Source: a virus (lineage: Duplodnaviria; Caudoviricetes). Taken from it: a stretch of 31,154 nt of DNA. Shown here piece after piece: positions 1 through 8,328 of the stretch (positions are counted from its first letter, which is position 1; every line of letters begins with the position of its first letter). The notes under the pieces are model-generated. The model did not search any database, was not told where the DNA came from, and saw nothing but the letters and a program-made list of their open reading frames with translations. The position numbers were made by a program, and so were the translations under genes. The stretch is taken from positions 1 to 31,154 of the IMG/VR virus record IMGVR_UViG_3300047281_000160; one strand, given 5' to 3'.

Positions 1-127
1 CGCGACCAGACAGCGCTTTACCGGCGGGCGATGGACGTTTTCCTTGATCTGCGGGACGCCAACAAAAGCGGCTCCAAGGTGTCAGAAAAGGACGTGCTAG
101 CGAGGCTGGAGAAACCGGGCTTGCTCA
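1..127. repeat. Terminal direct repeat, left copy (circular assembly overlap)
   Basis: 1-127 is identical to 31028-31154; 127 is a common assembler k-mer size; an ORF reads across the junction. Confidence 0.95.
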
Positions 128-342
128 TTGTCGACGAGTTTCAGGAGCGCGGCGGATCGGACTGGGAAAACCGCGTGATCTCCAACCTGCTCGACAAGCG
201 CTACGCCGCCAAGCGGCCGACGATCCTGATCACCAACTTCACCACCGAGGAGATCCGCGGCGCGCTCAGCGACTCGGTGAAATCCCGGATGCGCGAAAAC
301 GGCAAGGCGTTTGTCTGCGACTGGCCATCCTTCCGAAAATGA
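1..342 (+). CDS. DnaC/IstB-like AAA+ helicase loader, C-terminal part (continues from 30638 across the circular junction)
   Basis: Walker B LLIVDE, LLDKRY and PTILITN motifs; in frame with ATG 30638 through the overlap, giving 243 aa in total. Confidence 0.88.
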   Translation, partial: RDQTALYRRAMDVFLDLRDANKSGSKVSEKDVLARLEKPGLLIVDEFQERGGSDWENRVISNLLDKRYAAKRPTILITNFTTEEIRGALSDSVKSRMRENGKAFVCDWPSFRK

Positions 343-572
343 AAACCAAACCACGACAGCAACAACACCTAAGAAAATCGATGAATCGAGAACACCCAGC
401 AGGGAAGGGCGATGCTCCCCGAAAAGTAGACGGAGACGCCTACCGCCAAAACCACGACGCCATTTTCCAGAAAACCCTACTCGAAGTCTGTCTGCTATGC
501 GGCGACTGCGACTGCATGGAGGATCGGGATTTTGATACATATGATGAAACCACCTACCACGAACAACCATGA
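339..572 (+). CDS. Hypothetical phage protein
   Basis: ATGA overlaps with both neighbours; CxxC-like C-terminus. Confidence 0.6.
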   Translation: MKTKPRQQQHLRKSMNREHPAGKGDAPRKVDGDAYRQNHDAIFQKTLLEVCLLCGDCDCMEDRDFDTYDETTYHEQP

Positions 573-829
573 ACAAACAATACTGGATCATTGATACAGG
601 CGGCAACGGCGAAAGCATGAACACACGCGAAGCCTCTGGCCCATACCCCACGAAGAAAGCCGCCGAGAAAGCCGTGCTGAAGGACTACGAGAATTTTTGG
701 GACGATGCTTGCACCTGCCTGAAAGAAGGCTGCGACAAGGACGGCTGGTGTGAGCCGCTGCTTATTGTGGAGGTCGTCCGCACGGTCGTTCCAAAGATCA
801 CCGCCAAAATCCAACTTGTTGACGCATGA
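569..829 (+). CDS. Hypothetical phage protein
   Basis: ATGA-coupled ORF in the early operon, 86 aa. Confidence 0.65.
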   Translation: MNKQYWIIDTGGNGESMNTREASGPYPTKKAAEKAVLKDYENFWDDACTCLKEGCDKDGWCEPLLIVEVVRTVVPKITAKIQLVDA

Positions 830-909
830 ACGCACACGACTTAATGGATATAGTAGCGGCGAGCATCTTTGCCGTTTTTATGATAACCCTTTTGATTACA
901 TACAAATGA
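826..909 (+). CDS. Small hydrophobic peptide (27 aa, MNAHDLMDIVAASIFAVFMITLLITYK)
   Basis: Translated by hand; ATGA overlaps at both ends fill the gap exactly; single TM-like segment. Confidence 0.5.
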   Translation: MNAHDLMDIVAASIFAVFMITLLITYK

Positions 910-1178
910 ACGCACAAAACGCACGTGAATATCTGCCGCTCGTCCAAGCGATAGCCGACGGGAAGACGATCCAAGTGCTAGGCAAAGATGGGAACTGGTA
1001 TGATTCTCCGCTCCTCAATACCCCACCCAGTCGCTACCGAATCAAACCCGAGCCGCGCACGTTTGAGATGTGGCTATTTCACCCAATGGGAAGAATGTAT
1101 CCGTTTGTTGAAGGCGAAGAATGCTTTGCCGAAAATGAGGAATGGGAGCGCATCACGGTGCAGGAGGTGCTGAAGTGA
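906..1178 (+). CDS. Hypothetical phage protein (MNAQNAREYLPLVQAIADGKTIQ...)
   Basis: ATG 906 overlaps the upstream stop; ADGKTIQ...YRIKPEP pattern resembles small accessory phage proteins. Confidence 0.65.
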   Translation: MNAQNAREYLPLVQAIADGKTIQVLGKDGNWYDSPLLNTPPSRYRIKPEPRTFEMWLFHPMGRMYPFVEGEECFAENEEWERITVQEVLK

Positions 1179-1540
1179 GCGACACACCAGAAACAGACGG
1201 CGAATGGAACAGAATAGCTTGTTACGATCACCCACAATTTGAGCAAGGGATTGCTGAGTTTGCCCGTAAGCTAGAACGCGAGCGTGATGAGGCGAGATTT
1301 GATCTAGCCTTTAGGCGTGACCTTTGTGCGTTACAACAAAAACAGTTAGACGAGGTATGCCTAGAGCGCAATGAGTGGAAAGAAGTGGCAGAGGGTAGTC
1401 TCCTTGGGGCAATTCACGAACGCGATGAAGCTGTCCGATCCTGCCACATCTGGCAGGATGGCTATCGAGCCTTGCTGGATGAGCGCGATCTCTGGAAAGC
1501 TGAAGCTGAACGGTGGCGGGATTGCCAAAAGGATGATTGA
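1175..1540 (+). CDS. Hypothetical coiled-coil protein (MSDTPETD..., repeated ERD/ERN units)
   Basis: GTGA overlap, GGAGG upstream, heptad-like ERDEAR repeats. Confidence 0.65.
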   Translation: MSDTPETDGEWNRIACYDHPQFEQGIAEFARKLERERDEARFDLAFRRDLCALQQKQLDEVCLERNEWKEVAEGSLLGAIHERDEAVRSCHIWQDGYRALLDERDLWKAEAERWRDCQKDD

Positions 1541-1572
1541 AACAAACGTTTGATTTTATAGCCTATACCTAC

Positions 1573-1881
1573 ATGAACTCCGTCCAATCACTCCTCCCGC
1601 TGGGTTTCCGCATGACGCTTGAATGCTCGGCGGCCAATCCGGGAGACAAAAACCACCACCTACGCCGGAAGCGGAGCGGGCTTTACCAGTTGCGATTCAC
1701 CGTCGACCGTGGCCCGAAATACGTTGGCGAGCGGGTCGTTGTCAGTTTGCGAACGAGGGACTCCGAGGAGGCGCAACAACGGCGCGACACCGTGCTGGAG
1801 GCGCTGACCAAGGCAAAGATCATCAATGGTTTTATCATTGCCGACGTGGAGGTCATCACGGGGACCACCACCCACGATTGA
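1573..1881 (+). CDS. Small basic putative DNA-binding protein (integrase arm-binding/DUF6538-like beta-beta-beta-alpha pattern); candidate late-gene activator
   Basis: HLRRKRSGLYQLRFTV...RVVVSLRTRDSEEAQQRRD pattern; lies immediately upstream of terS; start uncertain (1537/1573/1612). Confidence 0.5.
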   Translation: MNSVQSLLPLGFRMTLECSAANPGDKNHHLRRKRSGLYQLRFTVDRGPKYVGERVVVSLRTRDSEEAQQRRDTVLEALTKAKIINGFIIADVEVITGTTTHD

Positions 1882-1906
1882 CGAGGGGTCGCGCGCGCGG
1901 AAGATT
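1859..1906 (+). promoter_or_regulatory. Putative late promoter 1 (terS): CGGGGACCAC box, TTGACG-N17-AAGATT
   Basis: Box 1859-1868, -35 at 1878-1883, -10 at 1901-1906, ATG at 1914. Confidence 0.65.
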
Positions 1907-1913
1907 CGGAGGT

Positions 1914-2462
1914 ATGAAACGAGTTTCGATCAAAGCGGGTGGACCGAAGAAGAAGGCAGCCGCCAAGAAGATCGGGCGGCCCACGAAGCGCACCCCTGCG
2001 GTCGTGAAGCGGATTCTGGAGGGGCTGGCGAATGGCACCCCGCTAACGCTTCTGTGCGATGACGCGAAGATGCCGAACTGCGACGCGGTCCGATGCTGGA
2101 TGAATTCAGACCCCGAACTTTCCAGTGCCATCGCGCGCGCGAGGGAGGCGGGGTTTGATCGGATCGCGGCAACGGCCTTGGAACTTTCCGACGGGGCCAT
2201 GAATCACGCCCATGGAATGCCAGGCACCGGCGAGGCGGGGGCGCGGGTGATGGCAGTGAAATTAGCGGTAGAGACGCGGCTCAAGCTGTTGTCGAAGTGG
2301 GACCCGAAACGCTACGGCGACAAGATCACCCAAGAGATCAGCGGCCCGGACGGCGGACCGATCCAGTCGGTGACGGAGGCCAAGCGCACGGCGGAAGAAG
2401 AGGCGGCTTTCGCCCTCATGCTGGCGAAGGCGGATCAGGCGGCACGGCCACCGATGCCATGA
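1914..2462 (+). CDS. terS: Terminase small subunit (Sf6 gp1-like)
   Basis: GRPTKR...IL..LA.G.PL..LC....MP....V..W...ARAREAGFD and LLSKWDPKRYGDK..EISGPDGGPI motifs; directly upstream of terL. Confidence 0.85.
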   Translation: MKRVSIKAGGPKKKAAAKKIGRPTKRTPAVVKRILEGLANGTPLTLLCDDAKMPNCDAVRCWMNSDPELSSAIARAREAGFDRIAATALELSDGAMNHAHGMPGTGEAGARVMAVKLAVETRLKLLSKWDPKRYGDKITQEISGPDGGPIQSVTEAKRTAEEEAAFALMLAKADQAARPPMP

Positions 2463-3847
2463 TCCCGCTTGGCGACTGTCCGGCCTATTTCGCGTGGCGG
2501 AATCTAGGGATGGACCTTTACGGCTGGCAGGCCGAGTGCCTGCGCTCGATTGGCTACCAGAAGCACGGCGGCCAACCCACGGCAGTCTGCGCGGCTAACG
2601 GTAGCGGCAAGACGGCGGCCATCATCGGCCCTGCGGTGACGTGGTTTCTCAATCGCTACCCGCGAGGCAAGGTGGTCATCACCTCGGGATCTTGGAACCA
2701 GTTGCAAAATCAGCTGTGGCCCGCGATCGAGCGCTTTGCCAAGCCTTACGGCTGGAGGATCACTAGCGGCAGTTCGCCGGTCAAGGTGATCACCCTTGAG
2801 GGCGGCGAGGCGATCGGGTTTTCAACGAACAATGCCGACAAGGCGGAAGGCTGGCACCCGACTTATGGACCCGAGGTCGATCCCGTCTTCATCATCATCG
2901 ACGAAGCCAAGGGAGTGCCGGACGAAATCTTTGGGGCGTTCCAGCGCTGCACCGTTGCCTATCAACTGTGGACCTCGTCGCCGGGCGCGCCATCGGGGAA
3001 ATTCCACTCGGCATTCTTCAAGCTCTCCGGGCTCTACTGGACGCGGCGGGTGACTTCGCTGGAATGCCCGCACATCTCGCCGGTGAAGCGCGAGCGCGAC
3101 AAGCTGGAACTTGGCGAGGATTCCCCGCTCTACCGGTCGATGCACTTGGCGGAATTCACCAGCCTTGACGGACGGGTGATCCTGACGCCGGAAGCACTAG
3201 AGAAGGCGTTCACGATCCAGCCCGAGGCCGACGCCAGCGGGGAAAAGGTGGCATTCTGCGATTTTGCGGCAGGCGGCGATGAAAACACGCTGGCACACCG
3301 TCACGGCAACGTGATCCGCCTGCACGCGTTCTGGCGCGACGTCAACACGACGCAGGCGCGGCGGGATTTCCGCGAGTCTTTCCGGCAGCTGCAACTTTAC
3401 CCTGGTCAAGTCTTCGGCGACGCGGACGGGATCGGCAATGTGATCATCAAGGACTTCGCGGAGGAGGGATTCCGGCTGAACGAATTCCACGGCGGCTTTC
3501 CGGCCAGCGATCCGCTGAACTACGCGAACCTGATTTCCGAATGCTGGATCGAGGCGAGCCGCGACATCGAGCGCGGAAGAATCCACCTCGGACCGCGTGA
3601 GAAGTTTGATCCGGGACTGTTCGAGCAGCTGACGACGCGGCGGCTGGAGTGGGACGCCAAGGGGCGGCTGCGGATCGAGAGCAAGGACGATATGCGGGCG
3701 CGGGGGATCAAATCACCCGACCGCGCGGACGCCTACGTCGGCGCGATCATGTGCGGGTCGCGGATGACCGGTGCCGTGTCTGAGCGGTCGATCCTATCCA
3801 GCACCAGCAGCGGCAATGATTTCGCGGGGAGCTTCGTGCGGTTCTAG
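2459..3847 (+). CDS. terL: Terminase large subunit
   Basis: Walker A ANGSGKT, Walker B IIIDEAK, nuclease motifs CDFAAGGD and SPDRADA; ATGA overlap with terS. Confidence 0.93.
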   Translation: MIPLGDCPAYFAWRNLGMDLYGWQAECLRSIGYQKHGGQPTAVCAANGSGKTAAIIGPAVTWFLNRYPRGKVVITSGSWNQLQNQLWPAIERFAKPYGWRITSGSSPVKVITLEGGEAIGFSTNNADKAEGWHPTYGPEVDPVFIIIDEAKGVPDEIFGAFQRCTVAYQLWTSSPGAPSGKFHSAFFKLSGLYWTRRVTSLECPHISPVKRERDKLELGEDSPLYRSMHLAEFTSLDGRVILTPEALEKAFTIQPEADASGEKVAFCDFAAGGDENTLAHRHGNVIRLHAFWRDVNTTQARRDFRESFRQLQLYPGQVFGDADGIGNVIIKDFAEEGFRLNEFHGGFPASDPLNYANLISECWIEASRDIERGRIHLGPREKFDPGLFEQLTTRRLEWDAKGRLRIESKDDMRARGIKSPDRADAYVGAIMCGSRMTGAVSERSILSSTSSGNDFAGSFVRF

Positions 3848-3850
3848 GAA

Positions 3851-3898
3851 CGGGGACCACTGGAAGCGATTCCATCGCCTGTGGATTCGGCGCACGTT
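3851..3898 (+). promoter_or_regulatory. Putative late promoter 2 (lysis/portal): CGGGGACCAC box, TTCCAT-N17-CACGTT
   Basis: Box 3851-3860 just after the terL stop; same spacing as the other copies; GTG at 3905. Confidence 0.55.
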
Positions 3899-3904
3899 GC
3901 CAAC

Positions 3905-4063
3905 GTGAAGACTACCTCGCTCGGAATCCTGACCATCCTGCTCGCCCTCGGCAACGCCGTCGCATCCTATCTGAAAACCGGAACCTTCAGCATCACGGAG
4001 CTGGTGCCGACCGTCACGACGGGCTGGGCGCTGATCCATGCGCAAGACGCGATCAAGTTCTGA
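3905..4063 (+). CDS. Putative holin (two hydrophobic segments)
   Basis: MKTTSLGILTILLALG...GWALIHAQDA; upstream of the putative endolysin; start could be 3881. Confidence 0.65.
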   Translation: MKTTSLGILTILLALGNAVASYLKTGTFSITELVPTVTTGWALIHAQDAIKF

Positions 4064-4075
4064 TTCGCTTCGATC

Positions 4076-4666
4076 ATGAGCGCCATCGTCCCCCCATTAA
4101 AACCCAAAGCGTCACGGGCGCTGGTCACTGCGACCGCCTTGTCAGCTTACGGCAAAGCGTTGCCGAGTGTCTACGTCCTAGCGGTGCGCGGCTACTACCG
4201 CGACAGCATGGGGAAAGTCGGCTACAACGACGTTTCAATCTACGACGACGCCTTTTTCATCGTCAGCCCCTGCGGCTTTTCCTCCTATAACGGCAACGTC
4301 GATCCGAGCCGCTTCGGGTGGAACGAGGGCGCACAAAAATTCATGGCCCGCCTCAAGGCTGGATGCTGGGAATTCCGCCGCCTGAAACACCACCCGAGTC
4401 GTCCAACTGGTTACATGGCATTCGGACAAGGCGACAAGCCCGTGACCGTCCAGCGCATGAAAGCCGACGGCACCGTGCATGACGAAGAGACGGGCTGCTT
4501 CGGGATCAACAACCACCGAGGCGGGATCAATGGCACCTCCTCTGAGGGCTGCGTCACCGTCCCGCGCGAGCAGTGGCCCTCGTATTACGGCCAGCTTGCC
4601 GCTGCGCTGGAGTTGGCCAGCCAGAAAACTTTCCCGCTGATCCTCGTCGAAGGACCTATCAACTGA
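4076..4666 (+). CDS. Putative endolysin with an L,D-transpeptidase/YkuD-like His-Cys catalytic motif
   Basis: GINNHRGG...TSSEGCVTVP (H-x-SxGC); flanked by small membrane proteins. Confidence 0.6.
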   Translation: MSAIVPPLKPKASRALVTATALSAYGKALPSVYVLAVRGYYRDSMGKVGYNDVSIYDDAFFIVSPCGFSSYNGNVDPSRFGWNEGAQKFMARLKAGCWEFRRLKHHPSRPTGYMAFGQGDKPVTVQRMKADGTVHDEETGCFGINNHRGGINGTSSEGCVTVPREQWPSYYGQLAAALELASQKTFPLILVEGPIN

Positions 4667-4676
4667 CTTTTTCACC

Positions 4677-4898
4677 ATGATCGAATTACCCATCGCGTGG
4701 ATTCTCGCCACCATCGGCACCCTCTCCGGGGCCATCGCCACTCTCGCAGGCATCATGTGGGGCTTCATGAAGTCAAGGCTGGCCGCCCAGGACAAGATCA
4801 TCGCCACCCAGACAGTCGTCATCGAAAAGCTGCAAGAGGATGTTTTTCGGATGTCCAAGGGCTGCGGCATCAATACCTGCCTGTGGCGGCCGCGATGA
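4677..4898 (+). CDS. Small membrane protein (TM + coiled coil), probable lysis accessory
   Basis: N-terminal hydrophobic helix then heptads; follows the endolysin. Confidence 0.55.
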   Translation: MIELPIAWILATIGTLSGAIATLAGIMWGFMKSRLAAQDKIIATQTVVIEKLQEDVFRMSKGCGINTCLWRPR

Positions 4899-4921
4899 AC
4901 CGTTAGAACTTTATTTTGACC

Positions 4922-6646
4922 ATGAAAACCAACTTTACACCGATCGGCTCCGCCCTGCCACCCCGCCGTGATACCCTCGCTGCGGCAGCGACCCTTCGCA
5001 CTATCGAGCGCGATGATGCGCCGATGATTCAACCCGCGCCACAGGAACGGACGTTGGACTTTTTCGAGCGCGACCAGTTGCCGAGCGACGTGCGGGCGAC
5101 CTTGTCCTCGGCGTGGGGCGGCGATCTGCGGATGCAGGCGATGCTCTTCAACGCGATGCTCGACACATGGCCGCGCTTGCAGAAGAACCTCAACGAGATC
5201 GCCCGTCGCGTCATCTGTTCGCCATGGAAGGTCGTGCCCTATGCCAAGCGAGGGGAAAACCCCGACCCAAAAGCGGAGCAAATGGCGGCAGAGATCGAAG
5301 ACGTTGTCTGGCGGATGCGCTCGGCCTCGGATCGTGGCGAAAACGGACTGGAAGCCACCATCCGCAACATCGTTTTCGGTTACTACTACGGCCACGCTGT
5401 TTCGGAAATCCACTGGACTCAGGACAAGGACAAGACGTGGCGGCCGCGCTGCACCAAGCAACTGCCTGCCCGATACTATGGCTACCCGACCTACGAAGCG
5501 ACATCCGACCGCCTCATGCTGGACGCCTCCGGCAGCGGCAGCAGCTACGCTATGCAAGACTTTCCGGCGCACCGTTTCCTAGTGGCGGTCAACTCCGGCC
5601 ACACGGGCCACCCGCTCGTTGGCGCACCGCTGCGGGCGCTGACCGGCTACTGGCTGGCGAGTAGCTACGGCCTCAAGTGGTTGATGAGCTTTACGCAAAT
5701 CTACGGTATCCCATGGCGTCACGCCGAGGTTGCCGATTCCAAAGACCAGCGGAGCGTCGAGGCTGCATTGAACTCCATCGGGGCCAATGGTTACATCGTC
5801 ACGAAGACGGGAACCAAGATCAACGTTCTCGACGCAGCCAAGGGCGGCGATCAACTACCGCAGAAGGTATTGATTGACCTTGCCGACGAGCAGTGCGACA
5901 AGTTCATTCTCGGTCAAACCCTGACCAGCGGCACCGCTAACCAGGGGAGCCGTGCACTCGGCGAAGTTCATGCGGACACGCTCGACACCGTGGTTGATGG
6001 CATTGCGGATTTCGTGGGCGAAGTGCTTTCGCGCCAACTCATCCCGGCGATCGTCGCGCACAACTGGGGCGAAGGACGCGAGGACTTGCCGGAAATGTGG
6101 GTGCGCCGAGAGGAAGCATCCGACTCCAAGGCCAAGGCCGAACGAATGGAGATTCTCGCCCGCCTCAATCTTCCGATGTCGGAAGCGTTTGTCTACGAAG
6201 ACCTCGGCGTGCCGTTGCCCGCCGATGGAGAGAAAATTTTTAACGTGTCGCCGGATGGTGCGCAGGGAGATCCTGCGCCGGGAGTTGTTGTTTTTCCTCA
6301 TGAAACAAAGGGGCACGTTAATTCATCACCAGTCACCGCCGCCGCAGCGGATCAACCCGAGAAATTGTCCGACGTCGAGCAACTATCCAGCGCCGTGCTG
6401 GAGGGTCTGACAGGCGTGGCCCGCGAATGGCTGGCCCCGGTGCGTCCGATGTTCGACCGACTTGCCGCGCTGGCGATGGCCAAAAACGTGAGCGACGCGG
6501 ATTTCCTCGCCGCACTGGAAAAGGCGCAAAAGCAACTGCCAGAACTCTTCGATACGCTCGACACCGAGACTTTGCAAACCGCCTTTGAAGAGGCTATCGG
6601 CAGCGCAGCCCTCGCAGGCAGCACGCAACGATTCAAGCGGCCATGA
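4922..6646 (+). CDS. Portal protein, Mu gp29/DUF935 family
   Basis: YGHAVSEIHW, KWLMSFTQIYGIPWR and KFILGQTLTSG...GSRALGEVH motifs of DUF935. Confidence 0.9.
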   Translation: MKTNFTPIGSALPPRRDTLAAAATLRTIERDDAPMIQPAPQERTLDFFERDQLPSDVRATLSSAWGGDLRMQAMLFNAMLDTWPRLQKNLNEIARRVICSPWKVVPYAKRGENPDPKAEQMAAEIEDVVWRMRSASDRGENGLEATIRNIVFGYYYGHAVSEIHWTQDKDKTWRPRCTKQLPARYYGYPTYEATSDRLMLDASGSGSSYAMQDFPAHRFLVAVNSGHTGHPLVGAPLRALTGYWLASSYGLKWLMSFTQIYGIPWRHAEVADSKDQRSVEAALNSIGANGYIVTKTGTKINVLDAAKGGDQLPQKVLIDLADEQCDKFILGQTLTSGTANQGSRALGEVHADTLDTVVDGIADFVGEVLSRQLIPAIVAHNWGEGREDLPEMWVRREEASDSKAKAERMEILARLNLPMSEAFVYEDLGVPLPADGEKIFNVSPDGAQGDPAPGVVVFPHETKGHVNSSPVTAAAADQPEKLSDVEQLSSAVLEGLTGVAREWLAPVRPMFDRLAALAMAKNVSDADFLAALEKAQKQLPELFDTLDTETLQTAFEEAIGSAALAGSTQRFKRP

Positions 6647-7245
6647 TCCAAATCAAGGTCAGCGTCACCGACGGCGCGAGCCCGATGCTCAAGCGGGCTA
6701 TCGCCGCGCTGCGGGGCAGCCAAAGCGCCCAACTCAACGAGCAAGGCGGCCGCGAGGCGGTCAACGCCGCTGTCACCTATCACCGCAATTTCGACAAGTC
6801 GGGCGGATGGAGGGGCAAGCGCTACCTTGGATCAGCCAGCGACGGCAGCAGCTATGGATCGGAAGTGTCAGAAGCGTGGAGCTTCCAGAGCTCCGACGAG
6901 CGCGGTGCGACGATCGCGAACAACGCCCGTTTTCTTAAATTCAAATCGACCGGCGGCACGGTCAAGCCGAAGCGGACAACTTACCTGACCATCCCGATGA
7001 TTGCCGAGGCGCGAGGTCGCTCCGCTGCCAACTACGAGGTTTTTGCCCGGAAAAACCTTTTCACGATCAAGGGCAAACGCGCGCTGTTTGAGACCAAAGA
7101 AGGCGGGGGACTGCGGGCCGTTTACGCCCTGGTGAAGAGCGTGACGCACAAGCCGTGGCCCGGTGCGCTGCCTCCTAACAATTTGCTTTCAGACGCGTTC
7201 ATGGATCGGTATCGTCGGAGCTTGCTTGAAATCCTCCAATCATGA
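6643..7245 (+). CDS. Virion morphogenesis protein (Mu gpG-like)
   Basis: MIQIKVSV N-terminus, GGTVKPKR..YLTIP motif; position in head module. Confidence 0.55.
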   Translation: MIQIKVSVTDGASPMLKRAIAALRGSQSAQLNEQGGREAVNAAVTYHRNFDKSGGWRGKRYLGSASDGSSYGSEVSEAWSFQSSDERGATIANNARFLKFKSTGGTVKPKRTTYLTIPMIAEARGRSAANYEVFARKNLFTIKGKRALFETKEGGGLRAVYALVKSVTHKPWPGALPPNNLLSDAFMDRYRRSLLEILQS

Positions 7246-8270
7246 TTGACGAACCCATGCCCTTCAAGGAAGCTATCGGCTTTCTCGCCGACAAGGAACA
7301 ACTCCCCGCTGAGTGGGATTCAGCAGGCTGGGCGACGCATGAGCCGGAGTTCCGCAGCCGCGCCTTTTTCTCGGCGCGAGTTGAAAACGCCCGCTTCCTC
7401 GACCGTGCGCACTCGCTGCTTTTCGACTACATCGCCGGAGTCAAGGAGACTGTGACCAATCCAGCCGGGGTGAAATCCGAGGCGTTGAGTGTCTTCAACC
7501 GTGATCATTTCGTAAAGAAAATGCGCGAGTTCATGGTGGCTGAGGGCATGGCGACTCGGCAGGATTTTTTCGACACGGACCAAAAGGACGTCACCGACAT
7601 CAAGAGCGAAGCGCGGCTGCGGCTGATTTTTGACACCAACATCCGCCAGGCATACGGCTACGGCCAGTGGAAGCAGGGAATGACACCCGCCACCATCCAG
7701 ACATTTCCTGCCGCGCGGCTAGTCCGAGTTCGGGGCGTCAACGAGCCACGCCCGCGCCACCAGGAGAATCTGGGCGAAGTCCTGCTCAAGACCGATCCGC
7801 GCTGGGCCGAGTTTCATAACGCAAAGGACATCGGCGGTTTTGGCGTGCCATGGGGGCCATATGGCTTTCACTCGGGCGTGACTCAAGAGGACGTCTCAAA
7901 GGAAGAGGCCGCACGGCTGGGACTCATGGGCGATAAGCCCGCCGAGGTCGCACCCACGCCCAAGTTTAACGATGATTTATGGGCGTCCGTCCGCAACATG
8001 GACCCGGACATCAAGGCTGCACTCATCGCCGAACTGCAAGCTGCGCCGAAGCCACGCAGCCCGCATGAAGCGGCCCGCGAAGCTGTCGCCAAGGTGCGCG
8101 CCGCCCAACTCAATGAAGGGCTGCAAGACGCCATCCTCAGCGGCAAGGTGGGCAAGATCGAGAAATACCGCAAGGCCATCGCGGACCTCAACGAGCGGTT
8201 TGCTCCGTCCCAAGGATTGCCCGTCACGGATGGCGGCGATTCGATTCTTTTCCCGCAGTCTAACGGATAG
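7242..8270 (+). CDS. Minor head protein, Mu gpF/gp30 (MuF) family
   Basis: RAFFSARV, RLRLIFDTNIRQAYGYG, RPRH and PWGPYGF motifs. Confidence 0.8.
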   Translation: MIDEPMPFKEAIGFLADKEQLPAEWDSAGWATHEPEFRSRAFFSARVENARFLDRAHSLLFDYIAGVKETVTNPAGVKSEALSVFNRDHFVKKMREFMVAEGMATRQDFFDTDQKDVTDIKSEARLRLIFDTNIRQAYGYGQWKQGMTPATIQTFPAARLVRVRGVNEPRPRHQENLGEVLLKTDPRWAEFHNAKDIGGFGVPWGPYGFHSGVTQEDVSKEEAARLGLMGDKPAEVAPTPKFNDDLWASVRNMDPDIKAALIAELQAAPKPRSPHEAAREAVAKVRAAQLNEGLQDAILSGKVGKIEKYRKAIADLNERFAPSQGLPVTDGGDSILFPQSNG

Positions 8271-8273
8271 GAA

Positions 8274-8321
8274 CGGGGACCACTCCGACAGATAGCATCG
8301 GGCACGGATCGGTCATGCAAT
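8274..8321 (+). promoter_or_regulatory. Putative late promoter 3 (protease): CGGGGACCAC box, TAGCAT-N17-TGCAAT
   Basis: Box 8274-8283; 17-bp context TAGGAACGGGGACCACT identical to the copy at 3845-3861; GTG at 8329. Confidence 0.55.
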
Positions 8322-8328
8322 GCGAGGC

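Noticed and set aside
4235-5572. 445-aa minus-strand ORF (also 9804-10853 and 26974-27993)
   Set aside because: Antisense shadows of well-supported GC-rich genes with no recognisable motifs
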